Virus record (IMG/VR): IMGVR_UViG_3300030330_005435 | Span: 10,053-74,052 of that record | Strand: one strand, 5' to 3' | Origin: a virus | Lineage: Duplodnaviria; Caudoviricetes | DNA: 64,000 bases | Shown here: positions 47,792-55,264 of the stretch, in pieces | How positions within the stretch are numbered: the first letter of the stretch is position 1 | Layout: each line of letters begins with the position of its first letter | Translations under genes and position numbers: made by a program | Notes under the pieces: model-generated | What the model was told of the DNA's origin: nothing | Seen by the model: only the letters and a program-made list of their open reading frames with translations | Databases searched by the model: none

Positions 47792-49159
47792 TTATACAAT
47801 GCCCCAAATGTTAGTTGCAAGGTATACACAAGTGACAGCAGCACCAGCAGATTCAAGTACAATTGAATCAGCATCATCAATCTTGTGAGAACCAGATGTC
47901 AGAATCGTAAGTGTTCCTGCAGCACCATTTTTAATAGTAACAACGTCACCAGCTACCTGAGAATCATCTGGAAGAGATACTGTAGCACCAGCAGAGCCAG
48001 TAGCAAAGTTGTAACCTTCAGAAAGTGTTGCACCATCATGTATTACTGTTACTTCACTTGACTCAAGCGACAAAACACCATCGGTGGCCATGAGACCAGC
48101 GCCAGCAAGCTTTGTAGCCAGTGAATCAATAGTAACTTTTTTGGTTGGATCGCCAGCTTCGGCTTCTTGTGCCATAGCGAAAGTATCGCCAGACGCAATA
48201 GCTGTAACAGCACTTAATTGATTTACATCAAGTTCAACGCTGTCGGCGTTGACGGTGAGACCACCGTTAGCCGCGGCAACCATATTGAGTTCGCCAGAAG
48301 CCGCAGTCATACCTGCACCAGCAAAGTCAGAAGCAATGTTAGTGCGTGTACGAACTTTTAAGTCACCCGTATCATTACGTGTAACAAAGAACTCACCAGC
48401 AGGAAGTGCAGCGGTACCGATGTTCGCAAAGTTGACAACTGAGCCAACAACGCCAAGGTTACCTGTAACGTCTAGAGCACCACCAAAACGGACGTTTCCG
48501 ACATTCTCAAGAACACCAGAACCAGACAAGTTACGGTGTCCCGCAATGTCTTTGTTTGCATCTAAGACCATAGCCTTAGAACCCGCGGCGACACCAGCAG
48601 TTACACCATCAATGAAGCCAGCTTCAGTTTCGCTGATTGATGTAGAGCCAACAACCAATGCTGTATCACAAGTAACAGTCGAAGCTGAAAGTGAGTTCAA
48701 TAAGCCAATGTTAAGGTTTGCACCTAAAACCATTGCTTTATTAGCGGCAGCAGTGCCATTGGTGATACCATCAAGCTTCTCCATATCGGTTTCGTCAAGA
48801 TCAGCAGAGCCGATGATGAAAGAGCCACCAGCAGTAATGTTGCCAGTACCAGTAACATTACGGAACCCACTGACATCTTTGTCAGAGTCAACGACGACTG
48901 CTTTGCTAGCAGCAACAGTACCAGCTGTGACACCGTCAATCGTTTCTAACTCTGCTTGAGTTATTTGCGCTGCTCCGATACGAATCTCAGAAGAAGCGGA
49001 CAGAATGCGACCAAACACATCGCGGTTGCTATCGACAACAGTAGTACCACCTAACTTAAGTTCAGCACTATCTGCTTCGTTACCGATGATATCGAGCGCA
49101 CCTTCTTGATCTAAAGAACCGCTCATGACAGCGGGACCAAATTGGAATTTATAAGCCAT
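47792..49159 (-). CDS. fibre-like virion protein with internal repeats
   Basis: Start MAYKF with GGAGG SD; three repeats like IDGVTAGTVAASKAVVVDSDKD; shared C-terminal beta domain. Confidence 0.75.
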   Translation of the reverse strand: MAYKFQFGPAVMSGSLDQEGALDIIGNEADSAELKLGGTTVVDSNRDVFGRILSASSEIRIGAAQITQAELETIDGVTAGTVAASKAVVVDSDKDVSGFRNVTGTGNITAGGSFIIGSADLDETDMEKLDGITNGTAAANKAMVLGANLNIGLLNSLSASTVTCDTALVVGSTSISETEAGFIDGVTAGVAAGSKAMVLDANKDIAGHRNLSGSGVLENVGNVRFGGALDVTGNLGVVGSVVNFANIGTAALPAGEFFVTRNDTGDLKVRTRTNIASDFAGAGMTAASGELNMVAAANGGLTVNADSVELDVNQLSAVTAIASGDTFAMAQEAEAGDPTKKVTIDSLATKLAGAGLMATDGVLSLESSEVTVIHDGATLSEGYNFATGSAGATVSLPDDSQVAGDVVTIKNGAAGTLTILTSGSHKIDDADSIVLESAGAAVTCVYLATNIWGIV

Positions 49160-49241
49160 ATTTAAAACCCTCCATATTATAGTTTTTATTATGGTAAGCA
49201 GCTTAATGCTTAACATGTAAGCAGATAAGCGTGCTTGCTTT

Positions 49242-49248
49242 TAATTAG
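49242..49248 (-). promoter_or_regulatory. putative late promoter motif CTAATTA
   Basis: Upstream of the structured leader of the 49159 gene. Confidence 0.5.
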
Positions 49249-49269
49249 TACTGTGCGGTGGCAAAAAAT

Positions 49270-50025
49270 TTAGAATATATAAAATCTATCTATTCCGTTT
49301 GAATAAACTTGAATAGATGCATAAGGTGACTCCAAAATTACTTGATTTTCGCCGTCGATTGTTTGGGAGCCAGAGCCAGAAATTGTTATATTATTTGTGT
49401 TCGCTGCGCCGCCTTCATCTTTAAATATCCATGTTTGTCCGTCAGAAGTAGCTGCAGCATCGGGCAAAGTAAACTTGATTATATTACTTGTTGAGTTAGC
49501 CCCGATGAAGTAGTCCGAAACAGTAACTGTATAATTTGCTGTTTTGAGAACTCTTTTGTAAATAAGACCACCACTTAACTCTGATGTCCCTTTTACATTT
49601 AATGTTTGTGTTGGTGTTGCATTAGAGCCAATGTTAATGCTACTGGTAGTGAATGCTTGGTTGGCACTTGCTTGTGTAAAAATACCCCCACCAGATCCGC
49701 CGCCTGCTGAGATTCCTGTTAAACGACTACCATCCCCCATAAAAAATGAAGCTGACACGCCTGTGCTGGCTGTAATTTCTCCTGTAACATTGAGGGTATC
49801 ACCGTCGAATGTCAGTGCAGTATCGCATCTTAATGTGTTTGGATCCCCATCAGTGTTAATGACTAAACTATTGGCGTTAGCTAATGATACACGCGGCACA
49901 TTAATAACATCAGCACCATCGGACGTACTAAGATTACCAGACACAATAGAGCCACTAGCCAGTGTAAGCCTTGTGGTCAGTCTGTCTGGTAAAAATACGG
50001 TACCAGATAAGTTATTATATGCCAT
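49270..50025 (-). CDS. fibre-like virion protein
   Basis: MAYN start; ALTFDGDTLNVTG; C-terminal YTVTVSDYFIG..FTLP..IFKDEGG..QTIDG..IQVYSNG domain. Confidence 0.72.
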   Translation of the reverse strand: MAYNNLSGTVFLPDRLTTRLTLASGSIVSGNLSTSDGADVINVPRVSLANANSLVINTDGDPNTLRCDTALTFDGDTLNVTGEITASTGVSASFFMGDGSRLTGISAGGGSGGGIFTQASANQAFTTSSINIGSNATPTQTLNVKGTSELSGGLIYKRVLKTANYTVTVSDYFIGANSTSNIIKFTLPDAAATSDGQTWIFKDEGGAANTNNITISGSGSQTIDGENQVILESPYASIQVYSNGIDRFYIF

Positions 50026-50048
50026 TTAATGGTGCCTCCCTTAATTAA

Positions 50049-50729
50049 TTAGAAGACAAACCAATTGGCTCCATTAGAATATAGACTAATAGCTGGATTA
50101 GAGCCAGTTAAGCTATAGGTTAGGGAACCATCAATAGCATATCCAGTGGCTGCATTTATTGTAATATTGGTGCCATCGACATGGCCGACTTCGTCTTTAA
50201 TAAGTAATATGGAGCCTGAGCCATATATTGATGCGCTTGGTATGAGAATTTCAACTTGACCAGTTTGCTGAACGCCCAGAATATAACCTGGGGCGCTAGC
50301 CGTATAGCTGCCAATTGAGCATGTTTGATACATAACATTAAGGCCGCGAATATGTATGGCTTCGGTTGCTGTGCTTGCGCTTAAAATGTTAACAGGTGAG
50401 GCGCCCGCAGTTTTAACAACAAGGCTACCAACTCTTGTGTGAGTGTCATCATTTGAATTACCGAAGTTTGTCGAACCTGTGGCATCTATTATTGAAATAT
50501 CGCGATATTGAAATACGCTGGCACTGACCGTTCCAGTAACAATTAAATTACCAGACAATACTAATGAATTCTGAGGATTACCGGCAACTGATCCAGTATA
50601 AAATATAAAATGTGACGAACCACTTGTCGTATTGTGCGCAGTCAAAAATTGTACTGAACCAGTTGGTCCAGCCGCCTGACCTCCACCGCCTGAAGCATCA
50701 CAATCTACATAAGCCCATCCAAACGACAT
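50049..50729 (-). CDS. fibre-like virion protein
   Basis: AAGPTGSVQF motif; C-terminal LLIKDEVG..AIDG..LYSNGANWFVF domain shared with neighbours. Confidence 0.72.
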   Translation of the reverse strand: MSFGWAYVDCDASGGGGQAAGPTGSVQFLTAHNTTSGSSHFIFYTGSVAGNPQNSLVLSGNLIVTGTVSASVFQYRDISIIDATGSTNFGNSNDDTHTRVGSLVVKTAGASPVNILSASTATEAIHIRGLNVMYQTCSIGSYTASAPGYILGVQQTGQVEILIPSASIYGSGSILLIKDEVGHVDGTNITINAATGYAIDGSLTYSLTGSNPAISLYSNGANWFVF

Positions 50730-50731
50730 GT

Positions 50732-51169
50732 TTAACCAACTCCCACAGAACCGCTCCAGGACGGACCAGCGCTACCTGACGTCCTTTCGGGTCGAATAGT
50801 TGTGAGACCTGCAACAATATCAACATTTGTTGAACCTGAAATCCAAATCTGTGAAACTTTTAACTCAAGTGCGGCGGAGTGTCCTAATTGACCTGGAGAG
50901 CCCGCATGCTTTGGTATACTAAAATAATTAGTTCCGTCAACACCTGCCTTAGAAAAACCAACCTTGAGAGTTTCGTGTATATCTTTGTTGACAATGGTAA
51001 TCCAACGCGTAACAAACGGGAATTCCACAACTTGTGCAGGCCGATTTACGCTGCCAGTACTGCAATTTATGCCGCCAGATGCGAATGGGCGCCCTCCAAC
51101 TTGATACGCAGGGACGTTGTTTAAACCAACTTCCATTTGCCATGATTTTGTAAAATTCTTGTTACCCAC
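50732..51169 (-). CDS. virion protein, tandem paralogue A
   Basis: GTG start with GGAG SD; highly similar to 51232-51660. Confidence 0.8.
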   Translation of the reverse strand: MGNKNFTKSWQMEVGLNNVPAYQVGGRPFASGGINCSTGSVNRPAQVVEFPFVTRWITIVNKDIHETLKVGFSKAGVDGTNYFSIPKHAGSPGQLGHSAALELKVSQIWISGSTNVDIVAGLTTIRPERTSGSAGPSWSGSVGVG

Positions 51170-51200
51170 TTAAAACTCCGAAATTTAAATATTATAAATA

Positions 51201-51207
51201 TAAATAG
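51201..51207 (-). promoter_or_regulatory. putative late promoter motif CTATTTA
   Basis: Upstream of paralogue A. Confidence 0.6.
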
Positions 51208-51231
51208 TTGCCTGTGATATATCGCACAAGT

Positions 51232-51660
51232 CTATCCAACTCCCGCAGATCCGCTCCATGAAGGACCATCAGAAGTGGTAGTTCTTTCTGGGCGGATACT
51301 TGTAAGACCTGCAACAACGTCGACATTTGTTGAGCCTGAAATCCAAATTTGTGAAATTTTTAGCTCCATTGGGCTACTGGTAGCCAGTAGTCCTGGTGCA
51401 CCACCAAGTTCGGGAACTGTAAAGTAATTATCTCCATCAACCCCAGCTTGAGAAAATCCAACCCTAACTTCGCGTGCGGAATCGTTATTTACAATTGATA
51501 CCCAGCGGGCCACAAACGGAAACTCTACAACTTTAGCGCCCTGAGTTGGGCTGCAGTTAATGCCGCCTGTAGCAAACGGTCTTCCACTAACTTGATACGA
51601 AGCAACATTATTAAGGCCAACTTCCATTTGCCACGATTTTGTAAAATTCTTGTTACCCAT
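51232..51660 (-). CDS. virion protein, tandem paralogue B
   Basis: First 19 aa MGNKNFTKSWQMEVGLNNV identical to paralogue A. Confidence 0.8.
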   Translation of the reverse strand: MGNKNFTKSWQMEVGLNNVASYQVSGRPFATGGINCSPTQGAKVVEFPFVARWVSIVNNDSAREVRVGFSQAGVDGDNYFTVPELGGAPGLLATSSPMELKISQIWISGSTNVDVVAGLTSIRPERTTTSDGPSWSGSAGVG

Positions 51661-51691
51661 TTAAAACTCCAAAATTTAAATACATTCAATA

Positions 51692-51698
51692 TAAATAG
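51692..51698 (-). promoter_or_regulatory. putative late promoter motif CTATTTA
   Basis: Upstream of paralogue B, immediately after the bS21 stop. Confidence 0.6.
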
Positions 51699-51944
51699 TC
51701 ACTTATTTCTTCTATTACGTCTTTCTTTTGCCCGCTTTCTTTTTAACTCTTGTCGGATCCGTGCACGCTCGGCTTTGATTCGTTTTTCTTTTTTAGCAAC
51801 AGATGGTTTTTTATAGCGGCGACGATCACGAACCTGTTCAACAATTCGTTCTTTCTTGCACTTTTTAATAAATCTTCTTATCATTCTTTCAGAGTTGCCG
51901 CGGCATTCTTTAGATGAAACTGATACGTTACATTGTTTTTTCAT
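51699..51944 (-). CDS. rpsU: ribosomal protein bS21 homologue
   Basis: NSERMIRRFIKKCKKERIVEQVRDRRRYKKPSVAKKEK matches the bS21 pattern RRFK+....I..E.+.R..Y.KPS. Confidence 0.85.
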   Translation of the reverse strand: MKKQCNVSVSSKECRGNSERMIRRFIKKCKKERIVEQVRDRRRYKKPSVAKKEKRIKAERARIRQELKRKRAKERRNRRNK

Positions 51945-51947
51945 AAT

Positions 51948-52358
51948 TCACTTCATTGCATTCCATATTTGAGATGCGCCGCCAACCAAAGATGAGATAT
52001 CGACTCCAGAATCATTAGGGGCCCCCAGGTCAACAGTGCCGGCTGCTTGACTATGTTCAGCAGGTGCGGGTGTTGTACCTTCAAATAAATCAACGCCATT
52101 ATAAGCATCTTTCCCAATAGCATCTAACATGCGTCTTTTCTGTTGTTTTAATTTTTGGACGTTGTTCGTTTGTCGATTTTCATTTTTTGTTGTTTGTGGG
52201 GCTGTAGATTGTTGTTGTGCTTCAACAAGCACTTTACCTTGCATGCCGACTGCAACTTCTGAAACAATATTTGACAGCAAGCCTTCTTCCAACAATACTT
52301 CATGTATGCACTCTTTTACTAATGGCTTAATTACTTTTTTAAGATCAGCCTTTTTCAT
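51948..52358 (-). CDS. hypothetical head-region protein with MKKADLKKVI leader
   Basis: Between the protease and bS21 genes; leader related to the class I leaders. Confidence 0.7.
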   Translation of the reverse strand: MKKADLKKVIKPLVKECIHEVLLEEGLLSNIVSEVAVGMQGKVLVEAQQQSTAPQTTKNENRQTNNVQKLKQQKRRMLDAIGKDAYNGVDLFEGTTPAPAEHSQAAGTVDLGAPNDSGVDISSLVGGASQIWNAMK

Positions 52359-52953
52359 TTAAAACCTCATTTAATAGACGATTAATTCTATCTGCTTTTG
52401 TAAATACTTTGTTTTGAAACTCTTTAGCTTCTTTCATCATGAACGCGCCTGGTGTGGATGGTTCAGAAACAAAGTCAAAACAAATAAGTTGAAAATCGTC
52501 TTCAACAACAGTGTTTCCTTGGGACTCTGATACCGATCCCATTCCCCGAGATGATATACCAATACTAACTCCAGCGCTTACCAAAGACTGTAAAACTTGT
52601 CCAGAAGGTGTGTCCAGAACTTTGGCTTTGCCCATAACATTTTTACCATCCCACCAAACATCAGTCATCATATGAGATGCGTTTCTTAAATTAATTACTG
52701 AATCATCTGGGTGGTCTAATTCACCTAATGCTCGGCGCTCTTTTACAAGCTTTGAATAGTTCACCATTTCTCTTTTTAGTACATGTTCTGGGTAAACTCT
52801 TCCATTTCCATTAACAGTATCTGCTTTTTGAATGATGCCAGTTAGCATCATTCCCCCATTAGATACAAAGCGCTTCTCTTCTTCTGTTAATAAATCCTGG
52901 CAAACACCACCTTCGCAGAGTTCATAGTACTCTCTAAGTAACTTCTGACCCAT
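52345..52953 (-). CDS. prohead core protease (T4 gp21-like)
   Basis: NGNGRVYP, ALGELDHP, NASHM, LDTPSG, GISSRGMGS, DFVSEPSTPGA. Confidence 0.95.
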   Translation of the reverse strand: MGQKLLREYYELCEGGVCQDLLTEEEKRFVSNGGMMLTGIIQKADTVNGNGRVYPEHVLKREMVNYSKLVKERRALGELDHPDDSVINLRNASHMMTDVWWDGKNVMGKAKVLDTPSGQVLQSLVSAGVSIGISSRGMGSVSESQGNTVVEDDFQLICFDFVSEPSTPGAFMMKEAKEFQNKVFTKADRINRLLNEVLNEKG

Positions 52954-52955
52954 AG

Positions 52956-53045
52956 CTAAGATCCTTTGCAGCAGCGTCTAACTGGTTGAAGCATCCACTT
53001 GTTTGTCCATGTGGCAGGACTGTTCATTTGCGTGTTTGTGTTCAT
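52956..53045 (-). CDS. hidden 29-aa ORF overlapping the upstream gene in another frame
   Basis: MNTNTQMNSPATWTNKWMLQPVRRCCKGS; GGAG SD 6 nt before the ATG; stop 2 nt before the protease ATG. Confidence 0.55.
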   Translation of the reverse strand: MNTNTQMNSPATWTNKWMLQPVRRCCKGS

Positions 53046-53328
53046 GTTTTACTCCGTTATCTCCGAATATCATATTCAGTATGTAAGATGTTCCTGATGA
53101 AAGCCAACCTAAAATAAAATAGTTTGTTACAGAAACTTCAAAACTAAATAGTTCCGTGAACGGAGAAAGTAGCATTAAAAACCAACCAACATGAAATCCC
53201 ATGCACATAGGACATTTAAACAACTGTCCCAATCTTCCCTCTGTCGGTCTTAAGCCGTCAAATATTTTACCGTATACAAGTATTTGTGTCAGCCCGTAGG
53301 CACATAGTATGAATGTTAATAGTTCCAA
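52978..53328 (-). CDS. small membrane protein with CxxC (DUF1360-like)
   Basis: Three hydrophobic segments; LFKCPMCMGFHVG. Confidence 0.7.
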   Translation of the reverse strand: MELLTFILCAYGLTQILVYGKIFDGLRPTEGRLGQLFKCPMCMGFHVGWFLMLLSPFTELFSFEVSVTNYFILGWLSSGTSYILNMIFGDNGVKHEHKHANEQSCHMDKQVDASTS

Positions 53329-53330
53329 TT

Positions 53331-53909
53331 TTACTCCATTGGTTTTGATTGTAATTTGAAATCGGTGGCTAAGTATTTTTGCATAGTATCAGTTCCCCAG
53401 TTTTTTGGTATAGGTTGATCATCGCCCAATGACTGTAATTGCTCCATAGCAAAAGACACAAAGGGGCCGTTCAATAATGGGTTGATTGAGCCTTCATATG
53501 CATCGTGAACGTTCAACAAATTTAAAATTGGATTTTTGCTGGCTGCAACATCATCTACCAACATTAAACTTGCTATGACTTGCGCGTCGTCTTTAAGATT
53601 TAATTTTGCCCTTTTGCTTACATTGGAAACTAATTTAGCACCAGAGCGTACTAAACCAAATCCAATCGCGCCCGTTGCAAAAGATGCTATATCAACACCA
53701 GCATCGATGGCTGCTGTTTCCAATTGTTTTCCAAGTTTACCACCCGAGGCTATATCTTTAGCAATAAATCTTACGAGGAATTTTAATTGGCCAGCGTTGA
53801 TACTATCACCTTGAATGCTTTTAAATTTGCTTAAAATGTCAGCAAACTTATCGGTTTCTGTTTCTTGTTCGTTGACAAACTTGTTCCAATTTTCAATTAA
53901 AGTTTTCAT
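53331..53909 (-). CDS. putative internal head protein (class II leader)
   Basis: Begins MKTLIENWNKFVNE. Confidence 0.6.
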   Translation of the reverse strand: MKTLIENWNKFVNEQETETDKFADILSKFKSIQGDSINAGQLKFLVRFIAKDIASGGKLGKQLETAAIDAGVDIASFATGAIGFGLVRSGAKLVSNVSKRAKLNLKDDAQVIASLMLVDDVAASKNPILNLLNVHDAYEGSINPLLNGPFVSFAMEQLQSLGDDQPIPKNWGTDTMQKYLATDFKLQSKPME

Positions 53910-53910
53910 T

Positions 53911-54456
53911 TTAAATTGTATACAAGTAGCTCAACGAATATGGATCTCGAATAAAACCTGGTCTAATTGAGCCCTGTTCCGTTGATTGTGGCACCTCGCC
54001 AAGTTCTGTGGAATCTTCCTTGTCGGGATGAATAAGCTCGTCATCTGACATTGAAACAATCGCCTCTGTGGATTCAAAGTATGGGCGCTCTTCATCAATA
54101 AACTTAGAGATATTTATGAGGGTCATTTTTGCTGTATCTAAATCTTGTTTAAAAGATTTTTGCAGTTCGCCCTCAATAACGCCATAAAACGCGCCGCCTT
54201 GAACGCTCTCAGGAATTATTAAGCCTTTTTTACGTAAGTGTGCGAATAGTCTATTTTGTGCACCATACACCAAATCAGACATTGTTTCTTTTGGAAACGC
54301 TAAAACCTTATTGTCAGCCGGCGATAACACAATATCGATATCACCATGATCAAAAATCATTAGATCCCCACTCATGCTTTTGCGAATGTTCATCTCCAAA
54401 CGAACAACAGCAGATTGCTGGCCGCGGCCAATTTTAATCGTCAGCGCCATTTGCAA
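53911..54456 (-). CDS. hypothetical protein, head gene cluster
   Basis: 181-aa ORF coupled to its neighbours. Confidence 0.75.
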   Translation of the reverse strand: MQMALTIKIGRGQQSAVVRLEMNIRKSMSGDLMIFDHGDIDIVLSPADNKVLAFPKETMSDLVYGAQNRLFAHLRKKGLIIPESVQGGAFYGVIEGELQKSFKQDLDTAKMTLINISKFIDEERPYFESTEAIVSMSDDELIHPDKEDSTELGEVPQSTEQGSIRPGFIRDPYSLSYLYTI

Positions 54457-55264
54457 ATATTTCCTTTGTTAAATTTTGTGTCTTTAAGACAGTTAGCAAG
54501 ACCTCGTCGTTAATTTCAGATGACGAATATGCATTTAGTTTTTCAATTACTTGCTCTAGCTTGCTTGACATATCTTTATCTTCTTTAATTTCATTAACAT
54601 TGCGCGCATTAAAAAGCTGCTCTTTAAGTCTGGTTATTTCTTTATTTAAATAAACCTTTAACTCAAGCGAATTATCTGTAAATGATGAGATATAATGTGT
54701 CAGTAATGCCTTTTGTTCTTCAAGTAAATCATCAGAATATTTTTGATTAAACTTTTTAACAAATGTCTCAATCACTACATTATCAACTTTATCATCTGCA
54801 AGAACATTTTCGTCTTCAGTCATATATTGAACCATTTCATTCTCCAACATGATACGATTTTTTGGAGTTGTTTTAACGGAAAACAATTGATCAATGGTTG
54901 CTAATGTTTTGTAATTTGGAACAAAATTATTGAAAATGTCTGAATCTATTTCTTTGTTAATGTCTCCAATCATCTGTGATTGGATTTTGAACAACCCAGT
55001 TGGATCAATCATTCTTTTATCAGCAGTTGCTGTTTCAATGAGGCGCCTGCTATCTTTTTCAGAAAGACCACGTGTTTCGTATAAAGAGCGATAACAATCT
55101 AAATCTTTGCTTAAAATACAACTTGAATTAAAGTATTTTTTAATAACGTCAACTACTTTTTGTTTTTGTTCGTGATCACCTTTAAGGACAGCAGCAGTTG
55201 CCTCTTTAATCAGTGCTTCATAAACAAAAGCAGTATTTCTTTTTTTGTTATGCCTGTTCTTCAT
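54434..55264 (-). CDS. hypothetical head-cluster protein downstream of the portal gene
   Basis: MKNRHNKKRNT start; helical; overlaps the portal stop. Confidence 0.75.
   Translation of the reverse strand: MKNRHNKKRNTAFVYEALIKEATAAVLKGDHEQKQKVVDVIKKYFNSSCILSKDLDCYRSLYETRGLSEKDSRRLIETATADKRMIDPTGLFKIQSQMIGDINKEIDSDIFNNFVPNYKTLATIDQLFSVKTTPKNRIMLENEMVQYMTEDENVLADDKVDNVVIETFVKKFNQKYSDDLLEEQKALLTHYISSFTDNSLELKVYLNKEITRLKEQLFNARNVNEIKEDKDMSSKLEQVIEKLNAYSSSEINDEVLLTVLKTQNLTKEIFANGADD

Noticed and set aside
50732-51660. Possible DGR template/variable repeat pair
   Set aside because: Differences are not adenine-specific and include indels, both copies are intact genes, and there is no reverse transcriptase in the window
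31157-51699. TATAAATA on the plus strand as real antisense T4 late promoters
   Set aside because: There are no plus-strand genes to drive, and the conserved core includes variants (TAAGTAG, TAATTAG) positioned relative to minus-strand starts; it is treated as a minus-strand motif instead
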